DNA of 64,000 nucleotides from Eukaryota sp. TZLM1-RC (GCA_040285825.1 JAUPSS010000004.1:496001-560000); one strand, 5' to 3'; shown: positions 48,188-61,590, numbered from the stretch's first letter. Translations and numbers: made by a program. The notes: a model not told the origin generated them from the sequence alone.

Positions 48188-48585
48188 TCAATTCATCTTT
48201 GACTTGGTATTGACAATGTGCTTGGTGCAACTCATCAATTCTGCCAAGTAAACCATCTTTTTCATTATTTAATTCAACTAATTTCTGTTCTCGTTCTGTA
48301 ATAAATTTATTTAATTGTTGAATTTCTTCTTCTTTTTCACTTTCAAGTTGTTGTAATTGAAACTCCAATTTACCATTATCACGGTCAAGTTTCTTTTGAA
48401 TTCTATTTAAATCTTTCATTTTTTCATTCATTTGGGTAAAACAATTTTCCATTCTAGTAATATATTCTTTTTGTTTTTGATCCTCCTTCAGTAACTCTTG
48501 GTTTTTGTTTTTCTTATTTCACGAATATTTTGTTCCAAGGTCTAAATTATTTGTTTTAACAGAACATTTTCATAAACATTTTTGT
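48188..48585 (-). pseudogene. Kinase-LRR coiled-coil fragment fused to CRE RT
   Basis: MENCFTQMNEKMKDL...QVKDEL nearly identical to 51155-51535. Confidence 0.85.
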
Positions 48586-48769
48586 TGTTGAGATCTCTTT
48601 ATATAAATGAAAACGGAGGAGATTTTAAATATGAAATAGGAAGTGCTGTTATTGTGCCCTCAGTTGATGATGACCTGAAAAATAAAAAAATCGAAATATT
48701 CCCTCTTGACGATTCAAAATTGTACAAACGGAAGAAATATGTAAATCCTTTGAAGGAATTCTTTTATTA

Positions 48770-49690
48770 ATTATAATTTTATTCAAAACCTACAAATCAA
48801 CATGTAAATAATTCATCCCTCCCAAAACAAAAACACTAGATGCAACTCTCTCATAGTGAGATCCAAGAGAAAGCAAAGCATCAGAAACCATCTTCAACAT
48901 CCCCTTAAAAATAGAAAACACAATTCTATTTTGCCAAAACAATCTGTTGAAATTTCTGCCAGTTCTTCTCTTTACAATCATTTCAAAATCATCCAAAAAA
49001 CGTAAAGCAGTTGGTGCAAGTGAACCAAAAAGGGAAAATACAAATGGATACAAATTGTATTTTGCATGCTGTAGACTGGCCAATTTGGACAAAGGTTCAT
49101 TGAATTTTTTGAATTTGAAATTTTCAGCATTTGAAAAAGGATTATGAATTTCAGAATTGACAAGCCTTTCATTTGAGGCATTACAAGGATCAACAGACAT
49201 CACATCCAATAAAATGAAGCTTCCATCTAATCCCGGTAATAAAACATCACCTCTATTATTCTTATGAAAATCGTCTTCAGCATCAAACAGATTTGACAAC
49301 AGAGGTTCCAAGAAGGATTCAATTCTATGAGACTTACACATACAATATAACTAGTCTCTTACAGCATCATGAACCTTGCTTCTAAAAGCAATAAAATGTT
49401 TACAATTTAACAAATGAGTAATTGTAATTTCTCGAGAACATTCATAAATTGAATAATGAGGTAAATTATCGAATCAGATAAAGGAACAAAATCTCATATT
49501 CAGAGTCCAAGCAGAATTGGTTAAGAGAGTACCATAAACTTGGGGAATTGTTGTTACTAAGGCAGAACAAGTCATATCTGCCGCACATATCTTGTAAAAG
49601 ATTTGCAAAAGCGGGATTCTTTTTCTTGGCCAAGCCAAGTCCAACATCAAAATCCAAGCTTTCAAAAATCTTTGACAATTTTTGTTGACG
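48770..49690 (-). mobile_element. CRE-like 3' fragment, sister copy of 56405-57805 lacking the MULE
   Basis: Near-identical RLE protein (NNRGDV...DVMSVDPCN). Confidence 0.88.
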
Positions 49691-49739
49691 CTTTGACAGC
49701 AAGAAAAATTGAAGGAATTGAAACATGTTCGCTATGTGA

Positions 49740-50035
49740 TTACAAATTTGCTCATTTGCTATATCGTTGTATGGACGTCTTGGAAAAACTGCCAGGAATT
49801 CTATTGATGATTTTGAAAATCTTGTAAAAAGAAGAATGAAGAAGCGTTTTGATCGCAGTTTGTGGTTCAATCCTATTGTTTTTATTATTTTCACAACAAT
49901 TCCTAAAATGATTTTGAAAGCTCTGATCTCTGCCAGTGCACATTACGAAAACATTGCTGCTGTAAGGTTTGATGGTGTGGAAGCTTGTTCTGAAGATATT
50001 GATTTATAAATAGAATTTTTGAAAATAAATTAAAT
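49740..50035 (+). mobile_element. CRE-like extreme 3' fragment
   Basis: YGRLG...WFNPIVF...EDIDL* followed by AATAAA. Confidence 0.75.
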
Positions 50036-50402
50036 TTTTCTTAAAGTTTTCATGAATGTCACCTTGATTAATAGAAAAATTTTCATCACATCTAAGTACT
50101 TTTTTTTAAATCCTTCAAAACTTTCGGATTTTCTTGAAATAAATTTTCCTGATTAAATTTTTCTTGAATTTTTAGGTGTTGACTGGAAGTTTTTCACTAA
50201 ACAAATAAGTTGGCAAATCTCCCCATGCTTTTTGTTATTATTTTTATCCGAGGACTCGGTATTGACATATTGAAATCTGTACTGTTATTACTATCACAGC
50301 ATCAAAGTTGTTAATTTACATCCTTTATTTCATGATTCAATAGTGTTTTTAAAAAAAATTATAAACCATCACAAAACCAATACTACAAAAACAAAAATTA
50401 AA

Positions 50403-52367
50403 TTAAATCTCTATTCCCCATCCAAATAAATTTTTGATTGCTTTTGCCTTCTCACTACTGATATTGTTTTGTTCTAATTCCAATTTAATTCCAGTTTTTT
50501 GAGAAAGAATTTGAACAAGCACATCCACTCCAGCATCATCAATTTTGATTGAACCCAATTCAATACAATAAAGTGAATTATTTTCTAATAAAGCATTTGC
50601 CAAGTTCATAGCTCCATTACTTGTAATATTGTTGTTTTGCAACCATAATTGTCGCAAATTCTTATTTACCCTTAAACCATCACATAAAGCAGCAACACCT
50701 TCATCTCCAATATTATTGTCGTCCAGACGAAGTATTTCAAGTTTTGTATTAACCTTTAAAGCTTGACTTAGAGCAAAAACTCCTATTGGTGTGCAATTAG
50801 TTTGATCTAACCACAGAGTATCCAATGAATTATTGAACTCCAAAACTTTAGCAAGGTATTGAATACCTTGGTCACCAATAGGGTTATTATTTAACCAAAG
50901 CGTCTTTAATTTTGAATTAACTTTTAATGATTCGGCGAGTGCGATCGCACCCGTGTTATTGATATTGCTATATGAAACATCAAGAAATTCCAAATGCTGA
51001 TTTTCTCCCAAACAAACAGAAATGGCTGCAACTTGAGCTGCATTTAGATTTGAGTTGGACAGATGAACAAAACTTTCTTCATCATCATTAACTGCTCTTA
51101 TGAAATTTTCTGGTAATATTCCGTAATTAGGATTCAAAAAAATACTTTGGAATAATTCATCTTTGACTTGGTATTGGCAATGTTCTTGCTGCAACTCATC
51201 AATTCTGCCAAGTGAACCATCTTTTTCATTATTTAATTCAACTAATTTCTGTTCTTGTTCTGTAATAAATTTATTTAATTGTTGAATTTCTTCTTCTTTT
51301 TCACTTTCAAGTTGTTGTAATTGAAACTCCAATTTACCATTATCACGGTCAAGTTTCTTTTGAATTCTATTTAAATCTTTCATTTTTTCATTCATTTGGG
51401 TAAAACAATTTTCCATTTTATTAATATATTCTTTTTGTTTTTGATTATCCTCCAGCAATTCTAGAATTTTTTTGTTCATTTTCACGAATATTTTGCTCCA
51501 AGGTCTGAATTTTTGTTTTAATAAAACATTTTCATGAATGTTACCTTGATTGATAGGAAAATTTTCATCATCACTTCCGAGTTTTTTTTCTAAATCATTC
51601 AAAACTTTCTGAATTTCTTGAATTAAAGGCCTCTGTTCTGGGTCATTTTTCAAACAATTTGTTATAACTTTTCTTAAACTTTTAGGAGCATTTTGATTAA
51701 ATGGCAGCTTAATTCCTTTCATTTTATCAAATAAAATGGTAGTTTGAGTTGAATTTTCAAAAGCAATTTGGTTTAAGAGCAATTCATAGAGAATTACTCC
51801 AAGCGAATAGACATCACTTGCTTGAACAGCGGCATGATCAAAAACTTCCAAGGCGGCATACTTTGGAGTAAAGGGGTTCATGGTGGTTGTAGTTGTAGTG
51901 TTGGAAATGATTTTGGAGGTTTCAAAATCAGATATTTTTGGTTGACCATTAACCATTAAAATGTTCTGAGGCTTGAGATCTCGGTGAATAAAACCCTTGG
52001 CATGGAGATAAGCAATGGTAGAGGTGATGGCCTTAGCATGGGAGAGAGTTGTGGGAGTCAAAGGTGAGGGGACATTGAGGGAACCAGAAGCACGTTCCAT
52101 TACAATTCCAACCTTCTCACCAATGCAGGTGATGCCAAACACTCTAATGATGCCAGGGTGGTTGAGGAATGAGAGAAGTCCAATTTCCTTCTTGAGTTTG
52201 GTTACATCTGCGTCATTAAGAGAGACAAGTTTAACAGCAACATCGTGAGAGAACCATTTGGCAGCATAAACAGAGGCAAAACCACCACGTCCAATTAGAC
52301 CGTGCTCTAAATCAATAACAAGTTCAGAAGCGTCAATCTCACAGCAAGGTTGTTGTTGTGTTTTCAT
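50403..52367 (-). CDS. TKL-type protein kinase, coiled coil and RNI-like leucine-rich repeats
   Basis: GRGGFASV, VAVK, HRDLKPQN, DFE (in place of DFG), DVYSLG; LxxLxLxxNxIGDxG repeats. Confidence 0.92.
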   Translation of the reverse strand: MKTQQQPCCEIDASELVIDLEHGLIGRGGFASVYAAKWFSHDVAVKLVSLNDADVTKLKKEIGLLSFLNHPGIIRVFGITCIGEKVGIVMERASGSLNVPSPLTPTTLSHAKAITSTIAYLHAKGFIHRDLKPQNILMVNGQPKISDFETSKIISNTTTTTTMNPFTPKYAALEVFDHAAVQASDVYSLGVILYELLLNQIAFENSTQTTILFDKMKGIKLPFNQNAPKSLRKVITNCLKNDPEQRPLIQEIQKVLNDLEKKLGSDDENFPINQGNIHENVLLKQKFRPWSKIFVKMNKKILELLEDNQKQKEYINKMENCFTQMNEKMKDLNRIQKKLDRDNGKLEFQLQQLESEKEEEIQQLNKFITEQEQKLVELNNEKDGSLGRIDELQQEHCQYQVKDELFQSIFLNPNYGILPENFIRAVNDDEESFVHLSNSNLNAAQVAAISVCLGENQHLEFLDVSYSNINNTGAIALAESLKVNSKLKTLWLNNNPIGDQGIQYLAKVLEFNNSLDTLWLDQTNCTPIGVFALSQALKVNTKLEILRLDDNNIGDEGVAALCDGLRVNKNLRQLWLQNNNITSNGAMNLANALLENNSLYCIELGSIKIDDAGVDVLVQILSQKTGIKLELEQNNISSEKAKAIKNLFGWGIEI

Positions 52368-53379
52368 TGGTTAGTATTAAACTGATCTAGAATAGTAGTA
52401 ACTTGTTCAAGTAGTTGCTGGAAGATGTAGGGAATTCAGATTCAAAAATTGAGGTAGTACAACTGTTGAGTAGTTGATCTTTGTCCAAGTTTAACAAACT
52501 CAAATTTTTTGGAAAAATGACAGTAATTGTGAATCATAACGAACCCTATCATAGTTAGGACAGTTGACCTTACAATCAATACAAACTGTGGACATCAAGA
52601 TGTGATAAAAATATTTGCTCGAAGTGAATTAATCAAGCACAATCATTATGATCCTTAAGTTCTGAAAATGAACAAGGTTTTAAAATTTAAATGAAAAAAA
52701 ACTGCGAGATTCCATGGATTTGCAATTTCTTTGCATGGACGTTTCGGTCCTGAGGCAAGCTTAATGTTGGATGAATTACACTCAGGTGAGAAACTGAAAC
52801 AAGTTTTTGACAACTATATCCAAAATGCAAAAGAAGCATAAATTGAAATTAAATTAATTTCAGTCAATTGATTTTTCGAATATCAAGAAAGTTGGGATAA
52901 TGAAGCTTCTCAAAGAAATTGTACACGGATTAAGAAGCTCTTTCACGAACGCTCACAGTACCGGGAAGGGGCTGAATATGCTCGAACAAGTTTCAATCTA
53001 TAGTGTTACAAAAATAGACATTATACACGAATTAGTCAAAAATAAATTAAAAAATTCAAATTAAAAACAACTTTTGATATGAAGACAGATATATATGAAG
53101 ATGCAGATATATGAGTTAACAATGTTTTGCAAGTTGTTGCAGGGTCGGGAAGAAAATAAATCAAGAACAACAAATGGAGTATTTTTGGTCTTTCTTTTGA
53201 AAAAAAATAATTAAACTAAATTTGTCAACCCATGTTTGACATTTAAATTAGAAGAAGATTCCCATGTTACAATACAAATTTTTTCCAACAAACGCCCGCT
53301 TAAATCTAATGAAGTTTCCTTTGTCATAACTTTTGCTTACAACAATTATTGCACAGAACAATGTATAATCAATAATCTT

Positions 53380-53900
53380 TGGAATTTCTTCTTTTGTCTT
53401 CGTACTGCCCAAATTTTGTTTGAATATGAATGTTTTTGATAATAAGTGGTCTAGTGCTTTGTCTACTTGGAACCAGAAAGTCAAATGTCCAAATTATCAA
53501 CATTTTTTGGACCAAGTTAAGAGCATCAATTGATTGGAAGAACCACCATCAGATCAAGTTTCTACAACACAATATTGGGAAAATAATCCCTTGATGCCAT
53601 CAGAAATTTTTTGAGTTATCAAAAATGAAAATGTAGAATGTCTACATATCCTTTCTTTTGTATATAAAATGAAAGCTGCAGTAATATTTTGAGAAGATTG
53701 CTCTTTCTATTAACAATTTTTATATGGAATATTGTCGAGTCAACATCAATATTCTGAAGAAATGAGATTTTTCCTTTTTACATCACTCATGACAACTTCC
53801 AAAATAACTGTTCGTCCAATTGCAGTTTCTGAATGTTTGCATAATATCCTTTCATTTTTCTGTTCAAGTTGATTCAGAGGAAAAGCAGAAGCTTTGTGAC
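53380..53900 (+). mobile_element. Degenerate CRE-like N-terminal/RT fragment
   Basis: FDNKWSSALS, YWENNPLMPSE, RPIAVSE. Confidence 0.7.
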
Positions 53901-55252
53901 TTTTCCTATATGGAACGATAGGATATTCTGATAACACTTCGACGGCAACGAGTCAAGATTTGTTTGCAAATAAGTTTACTGATTTGGTTATAGACTGTTG
54001 TTAACCTTGTTTCATTACAGTATTAACGCAAAAATAGCAAAAAAATATAAATTTGTGTGAAATCATCTTTAAAAACTAAAATTGTAAATTCAACAGTAAT
54101 ATTTGCACAGACATAAGTCGTTCAGAGTAATAAATAATCAAAAGGGAAGCAATATTCAAAACTGACGCATCAATTTCTTCTTAATATTTTTGCCGTTCAT
54201 TGAGTTCGATGGATATAACAAATTGTAATCTTGCTAGTTATGAACTCTACCTAAAAACAGATATAGAATGATATTAACAAAAAAGACTGAATATATAATA
54301 ATTTCACTAATGAATCTACTGGAAAGAGTTATTACATTAATGGTAAAGTTTTGTACAACAGAGCATTGCAGACAAATTTCACAAACTGTTTTGCTGAACA
54401 CGACAAAATGCAACTCGCTTCATTTGGTTCTATATCAATGTGACTCAGACACGAATCAGTCTTGAATTGTTCAGATTTCACAAGTTTAATATCTGACACT
54501 GAAAGTAAAGACAATTCGAACTAACAAGTGAGAATCATCAGGAAATCTGCGAGAAAATTCATAAATAAAATTCTTACATGTTTTGTTTCGTACTTTCAAA
54601 GGTCCCCGGTTAATCAATGTAGACAGAATTATAATCGTTGGACTATAAAGTAAAAATTATATCTATCAAAGCTGTATAGATCAGAATGTTAGAACGTCAG
54701 CTAAAAAGAGCGTTTGTTCAAGAGGAAAACACAGCAGTACAGTTCTGATATTAAGCAAAACACCACAAAATATTCTATTATAATAAATGATAATATAATA
54801 AATTTCTTTCGTCAGCTCACTGAAAAGAGAACAGTTATTTCAGTTATTTTGATTTCAGTTAATCCAACAAAATTTTGATGTAGTAGTTCTTGTCATCTCA
54901 GAAATTTGAGTTCAATAACTTGAGATCGAGAAGATGCATAAACTTAAAAATCTCGTGAAATTTTCAAATTCTACTTATGGTCTGGTATTGTTGGAAAATA
55001 AACTACCCCTCTGGAACTTCTACTACACATCTTATGGTGAAAGAAAGAGACGGAAGTGAAATTGTACTTTAAAATTTGGTATATTAGTTCAATACCATAA
55101 CAATTGTGTCATACTTGTTAATAATTTTGTTGTTTAAATTTGTTAAGAAATCTTTGTTTCATCCTACTGTAAACCATTATTAAAGTTTACAGCACTGTAA
55201 AGTTTTCAATTAAAAAGGCTTTTGACTAGGACAGCCCATTTATTTGACTCCA

Positions 55253-55570
55253 ATGAAGTACCTTTTGTTGTTAGCAGCGGTATTAGCTTTAGCATTTGCC
55301 AGTGGACACGACAACAATGACAATGACAACAACAACAATAACAACGACTTCAATGGTGACGAATTCTGCAACAGTCTCAGACCCTGTTCTTATTGTAAGC
55401 ACTGGTTACACATCCCCGTTTGCCAACATATTGACGTTCCTTGTGGTGGACATGAATTCTGCGAAAGTTTAGATCCCGGCTCCTACTGTAAGTTTTGGTT
55501 GGATATTCCTGTTTGTCAAGGTTTTGATGTTCCCTGTGGACCTCATATGCCCGAAATGAACGACCTCTGA
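55253..55570 (+). CDS. Secreted peptide with two 4-Cys repeats and an Asn/Asp-rich linker
   Basis: Paralogue of 6717-7010 with the same C-terminus GPHMPEMNDL. Confidence 0.85.
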   Translation: MKYLLLLAAVLALAFASGHDNNDNDNNNNNNDFNGDEFCNSLRPCSYCKHWLHIPVCQHIDVPCGGHEFCESLDPGSYCKFWLDIPVCQGFDVPCGPHMPEMNDL

Positions 55571-55822
55571 TGTATAGCTTGGTTTTAGGAAATAAATCGT
55601 GGTTTAGGTAGTTGGTTTTTAGATATTCATACTTCCAAAACTATCCACAAAATTAAAGGAATTCTGCTGGTACATGCTTCAATCGGGGTTATGCCTATTT
55701 TTACATCGATAGGTTCCAAAAATAGAATTTGTCCACAATGAGATCAGATTGATCTATCTGAATTCAAGTTATATAGAGCGAACATTAAGAGGGCAACATG
55801 CATCGAAATCTCTACTGGAGAC

Positions 55823-55897
55823 TAGAGATGGGCAACGTCGGGACTAATCGGACTACGAACTAGTCCGTTCAAATGAACTATGGACTGAACTAGTTAC
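55823..55897 (+). mobile_element. Single hAT-like terminus
   Basis: TAGAGATGGGCAA followed by GGACTA/GAACTA subterminal repeats; no partner end found. Confidence 0.45.
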
Positions 55898-55919
55898 CAT
55901 TACGCTGACAACACTGACT

Positions 55920-57805
55920 TCTTCTTTCAGACTTTAAAGATTTCTTCTTTAGATATAGAAAAACATATTAAATTTTTCATTCTTAAAATTTGCTACACTG
56001 GGAGAATAACCCACATTTTAAGATCTTGTGCTCCTTCCATAGCATTAGATTTTTGTCGTTCTTTTAATTCATTGAGAACAGAATTTTTTGCTGATTTATT
56101 GGATGTAGAACCAGGAATGTTGAAAAGTCACTTATTTTCTTCAGCAAATTTGGGTGGTATTGGATTTACTGAATCTTCAATTTTGTGTCAATCAGCATTT
56201 TTGGGTGGTGGCAAAAATTTTATTTATGAATTTTCTCGTAGATTTCCTGATGATTCTCATCTGTTAGTTCCCAATTATAGTCCTTATTTGTATGAGTTAT
56301 CTTGTGAACTTGAAAAATTGCCGCCACAAATTTGGACCAAATGTTTTCCTCAATCAATTCAATAAATTCCAAACCGATCTCTTTTTAATTTACAGATTTG
56401 CTGTAAAAAAAAGCTTCAACAAAAATTGTCAAAGATTTTTGAAAGCTTGGATTATGATGTTAGACTTGGCTTGGCCAAGAAAAAGAATCCCGCTTTTGCA
56501 AATCTTTTACAAGATATGTGTGACAGTACTTCTTCTGCCTTAGTAACAACAATTCCCCAAGTTTATGGTACTCTCTTAACCGATTCTGCTTGGACTCTGA
56601 ACATGAGATTTCGTTCCTTTATCTGGCCTGATAATTTACCTCAAAATTTAATGGGAAAATCACAGCTATACCCAATTCATAAAATTTAATTCCACATGTA
56701 CCCAACATGTGCTGCCTCCAACTTACAAAAAGGCTCGTGGAAGACCACCAACAAAAAGATTACGGCCTGGTGAGGGAAGAAAGAAAAAGAAGGTAAAGGT
56801 AGCAAATGATGGTGATGTAAGTGAGGTGGACGAAGAAATGTTATATGAGTCTATCATTAACTTAAGTACAATTCATGAAGTTTTTGACGAGTCCTCAAGT
56901 TCTGGAGAAAATTATGAAAGTGAAACTGAGCTGGAAGAGGACTCAGACGATCAGTGGAATGAATTGTCCACTGAATTGATGTAGACATAGATTGCTTTAT
57001 AAAGAAATGTTTAATTGTTGCAATTTGGGTACAGGTGAAACCAAAATTGATGGGTATGGAGAAATTGGGTACAAGTGGGACAAAATTTGACAAAATGGGT
57101 ATAAGTGAACTTGTCCCTAATTTAATTTGTAAATGTTCTCGAGAAATTACAACTACTCATTTGTTGAATTGTCAACATTTTATTACTTTTAGAAGCAAGG
57201 TTCATGATGCTGTAAGAGACCAGTTATATTGTATGTGTAAATCTCATAGAATTGAATCCTTCTTGGAACCTCTGTTGTCAAATCTGTTTGATGCTGAAGA
57301 TGATTTTCATAAGAATAATAGAGGTGATGTTATATTACCTGGATTAGATGGAAGCTTCATTTTATTGGATGTAATGTCTGTTGATCCTTGTAATGCCTCA
57401 AATGAAAGGCTTGTTAATTCTGAAATTCATAATCCTCTTTCAAATGCTGAAAATTTTAAATTCAAATAATACAATGAACCTTTGTCCAAATTGGCCAGTC
57501 TACAGCATGCAAAATACAATTTGTATCCATTTGTATTTTCCCATTTTGGTTCACTTGCACCAACTGCTTTACGTTTTTTGGATGATTTTGAATTGATTGT
57601 AAAGAAAAGAACTGGCAGAAATTTCAACAGATTGTTTTGGCAAAATAGAATTGTGTTTTCTATTTTTAAGGGGATGTTAAAGATGGTTTCTGATGCATTG
57701 CTGTCTCTTGGATCTCACAATGAGAGAGTTGCATCTAGTGTTTTTGTTTTGGGAGAAATGGATTTTTTAGATGTTGATTTATAGGTTTTGAATAAAATTA
57801 TAATT
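55920..57805 (+). mobile_element. CRE-like non-LTR 3' half with a nested MULE
   Basis: GGIG, CKC...HLLNC...HDAVRD, RGD, DV; ends DVDL* followed by AATAAA. Confidence 0.88.
56653..57117 (+). mobile_element. Non-autonomous MULE (Mutator-like)
   Basis: GGG...CCC imperfect TIRs sharing TATACCCA; 9-bp TSD AAATTTAAT/TAATTTAAT; LPPTYKKARGRPPTKR motif; empty site near 49445. Confidence 0.85.
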
Positions 57806-58029
57806 TTGGTAAAAAAAATCTTTCAGACTTTTGAAACGGGTTTTTTTCACACTTTCAACATTTTGATTTTTTTCTGAGAATTTGTCAAAGCCACAAAGAC
57901 AAATAGTTTCTATCAGGTATTATGCTGTATATAAAACAGGTGGAAGTTGATGTGGAATAAAATAGAAAAGAACACATTCCCAACCCCAACCCCAACCCTA
58001 ACCCATTACCAAATCTTTGGAGTTCACAT

Positions 58030-58900
58030 GGACTGGAACATCCAAGATTTTAGAAACCGTTTGAAACAGAAAAAGTAGCACATTCTGTATTAAAGGTAAA
58101 TGCTTTAGTTACTCAAATTCCTTCTGTTTATGAACTTCTTGCGATAAACAATGAATGGATTTTCAACATGCGTTATCGTTGTTTTCTATGGCCAAACAAT
58201 TTGCTTAATCATTTAACATGTAAATGTGGTAAACCTCTTTTGTTTACTCATTTTTTGAACTGTAAACATTTTATTACCTTTAGAAGTAAAGTGCATGATA
58301 ATGTCAGGGACCAAGTTAATGTGTAAATCTTATCGAGTAGATTCCTTGTGAGAGCCTTTGCTATCATAATTAATACCTGATAACCCCAATAGTGATAGTA
58401 CACACTACAATAGAGCTTAAATGGGTTTGACAAAAGGGGATTTGGTTGATCTCGGCTTAAGTGCTAATTTTACCATTTCAGATACCATGTTCATTGACCC
58501 CTGTAATTCTACTGACAAACATTTTATAAATTCTGATGTCAATAATCGTCTTCTTACTGGTGAAAAATCCAAAGCTACAGAAAATGCGAAGCTCATTTCT
58601 TCTGTCATTGAAAATTCTCATGCCCAATATAATTTATGTCCCTTTGGATTATCGTTGCGCGGCTCTTTAGGTATAACTCCTTTGGCTTTTCTTGAGGATT
58701 TCAGAGTGGTTGCAAAAGAAAAAACTAACAGAATTTTCAATCGTGTTTACTGGCAAAACAGAATTGTATTTTCTATTTATAACGGAGTGGTGAAATTAAT
58801 TTCTGCTTCACTTTCTTCTTTTGGTAAATTTTCTGAATCTTAAGTCATTAACTGTTTCGTTGCAGAAAAGCAAGGTTTTGAGGATGTGAAGCTTTGGTAG
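58030..58900 (+). mobile_element. Degenerate CRE-like 3' fragment
   Basis: CKC...HFLNC...HDNVRD, KGD, IDPCN, WQNRIVFSI. Confidence 0.8.
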
Positions 58901-59213
58901 AGTATTTGATGATTGTTTATTCGTAATTTGACAAGTAAAAATTCTTTCATATTTTGTTCCATGAATTATGGTCTATGTTCAAGTTTTTCGTCTAAAACTT
59001 TAAAATAATATTGTTGGAACGCAAAAAGTGCAAATCTGCATGAAGAATAATGCTTGTGAATGTAGTGATTTTTATCAATTTGATGTATCGCTAAGTTTCC
59101 GATTTTGTGCGGAACTGATTAAGGCTCCTGCTTGTGTAACCAATTGAGCATCTAACCCAATATCTTACAGGAGAAAATGAATACAACTTCAGACATGGAT
59201 TACTCACTTGTGA

Positions 59214-59705
59214 TGTTGTGTGGTTAAACATGTATACAGATAAGGATAAAGACGTTTATTTAATTTGTAGGGCCCTTACTAGTGAAGAATCTATGATAGT
59301 AAATATACCAGACTAATTCGCCACAGTACAACTCTACCTTTTGCCTCTCTTTGATCTCGTACTTGAGCTATAAAAATTAACTTTAGGGAAATTAGTTTTA
59401 GATTTAGAATCGGATTTAACTTTCCTTTTCCTAGTAGCGGAGGACCTAGGGTACGCAAATATGATTGGTATGACTTAGTGTTTTGGAAGTCAACAACAGT
59501 CAGTGAACAACTTACTTCAATATTTAATAAATCACACAACACTTTAAAAATGGCATTTGTAAATTCACTACCATTGTCTTCATGAAGTAACAGTGGAATA
59601 CCAAAAATTTAAACAGCTCCATAGGAGGTGGTTGGTTGCTTTCACTGTATTCAATTCCTTTGCGGGGCAAGTGATCGTGTATCTAGTGAACGAATCTTCA
59701 AAAAC
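59214..59705 (-). mobile_element. Internally deleted Gypsy remnant: integrase pieces, PPT and a 117-bp LTR (59214-59330)
   Basis: DSFTRYT, FGIPLLLHEDNGSEF; purine tract followed by TGTACTGTGG...CCACACAACA. Confidence 0.65.
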
Positions 59706-59714
59706 TATCAAATA

Positions 59715-61590
59715 TTTTATTTATTGAATTTGCACACTTAATTATATTAACTCATAACTAATGGGACGACTATCATTGAACCAAGATTTCCTCTACAAAA
59801 TCTTGATCTGCTTGCTGTCTAGCTAAAGCTTCTCTTATTCGATTCAAAAACCGAGATAATCTATTAATAATGGCAAATTGAATCCGTGAACGCCATAAAA
59901 AATATCAAATCTTTTCATTCTCTTTTCTTGCACCATTTTTTGGAAGTCATTCAAAAAAGTTTCTGCTTCATCTGATAATCTTCCATTTATCGAAAATGGG
60001 AAAGCAACCAGCTGGGTATTTCTATTGGCATTAGCCTCTTCAATATCTTTATCATATTTTCTATGTTTCTCTTTTGCTTTAAAATCAAGAGCACTCACAG
60101 GATTAAGTTTTCTTCTGTGAACCAAAGTATCATTTGCAACATTACATGAGACAAAGTCAACAATAGCTTCAGAATTATCAATCCAATCACAGTATACATC
60201 ACCTCTATCATCAGAACCAAAATTATTCAGAGAAAGTGTTTCCTTCAGCAGAGGCTCTTTGATACACGATATTCTTGCAGTTTGTGCCTTATTGAAAACA
60301 GTGTCTCTAACAGCATCATGTAATGAAGAACGATAAGTTATCAATTTAGAACAATTCAGAGCATGGTGCAAAGTGAGTTGAGGTGAATTCGAACAAATAC
60401 ATTTTTTTTTGATAATAATTGATTAACGGGGATATTCAAATATAATCTCATTTGTGTTACAAATGCTTCATTAGTGGCACACAATCCAAATCTTCGTGGT
60501 ACAATGGTTACAAGAAGTGAAGAATCTGATGACTTGCTTTCACAAACACCCTTTTCCAATAACAATGAGTGAAGATCTTGATTTAAAACAGCCGAGCTGC
60601 ATGTATTATTATAAACATCACTTTCATACATTCCAGTCAATCGTTTCTGTAATGTTCGAAGAGTGTACTTCAAATTTAAAACATTCTTTTCTGGAATATT
60701 GCCGTTGAATGATTGGGGAAAGCATCGACCCCATTTTTCTGCATTAATTGTTGAAATTTCTTTATTTAATGCAAAAACAGTGGAACTTTGCGTTGCCGTC
60801 AATAAATAAAAGACTCCATCAGTGGTATTAATACCATGTTGAAAGGGTAATAAAATTTTTTTTTGCTTTCTCACTGAACCTGCTTAAGCAACACGCCGAA
60901 AAAGTATTATGTAAGCTCTCAGAGACTGCAATAGGACGAACATCCATTTTTGAATTCTTGACAAGTACCGTCAAACGAGAACTTCGTAATTCTTCTTGAT
61001 ATTTGAGTTGAACATTCAATGTTTTGTTGAAAAATTTGGTTAATAAACCAAGACAATCCTCTGAAGAAATAATTGCGGCTTTTACATGATCAATAGTAAT
61101 ACCAGAAAGTCCGGTAGACTGACCGCGTGGTCTCTTTTTTATCACCGAAAATTCTTCTGATGGCATCAATGGATAATTTTCCCAGTAAGTGCCGTAAAAA
61201 TTTTGATCCATTATAGGGTCTTCATAAGGATGAAATATCTTTAGTTTATCTATTGTATTTTCATTGTTGGGTGCTTTAACTCTGGGGCTTAAAGCTGACA
61301 AAGCCTTGGACCATTTGTTGTCAAAGCATTTGTCTTCAAAAATTTTACTTAATTTCTCAGATGACTGTTTTCTCGGTGGTATATTAGTTAAATCTTCGGA
61401 ATTATTTACGAAATTTTGTTCAAAAGCAGGACAAAAAGAACCAAAAAAATTCCCAAAGAATATTGATAGCATACTTTCCTTTACATAATCGATCCAAAAA
61501 TCTCTTAAAAACGAAAGCAACTTCATTGCATTTTGACGGATGAATTTCTTGAGGTATTTTTATGGGAGGGTGGTAGTTATCAACTATGCG
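59715..61590 (-). mobile_element. CRE-like non-LTR element with the RT core deleted
   Basis: RPIAVSE N-terminal RT part joined to the RLE; sister of the 20560 and 34140 fragments. Confidence 0.85.

Larger units (their letters stand above)
38830..48188 (-). mobile_element. CRE-like non-LTR element (RT plus RLE), split by the Gypsy insertion
   Basis: GVKQGDPLG, YMDD, FLG, CRC...HILNC...HD, RRAD at 46445-48188; PFAISL|FGNIG continues at 38840-39080 and ends EDIEF*. Confidence 0.88.
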
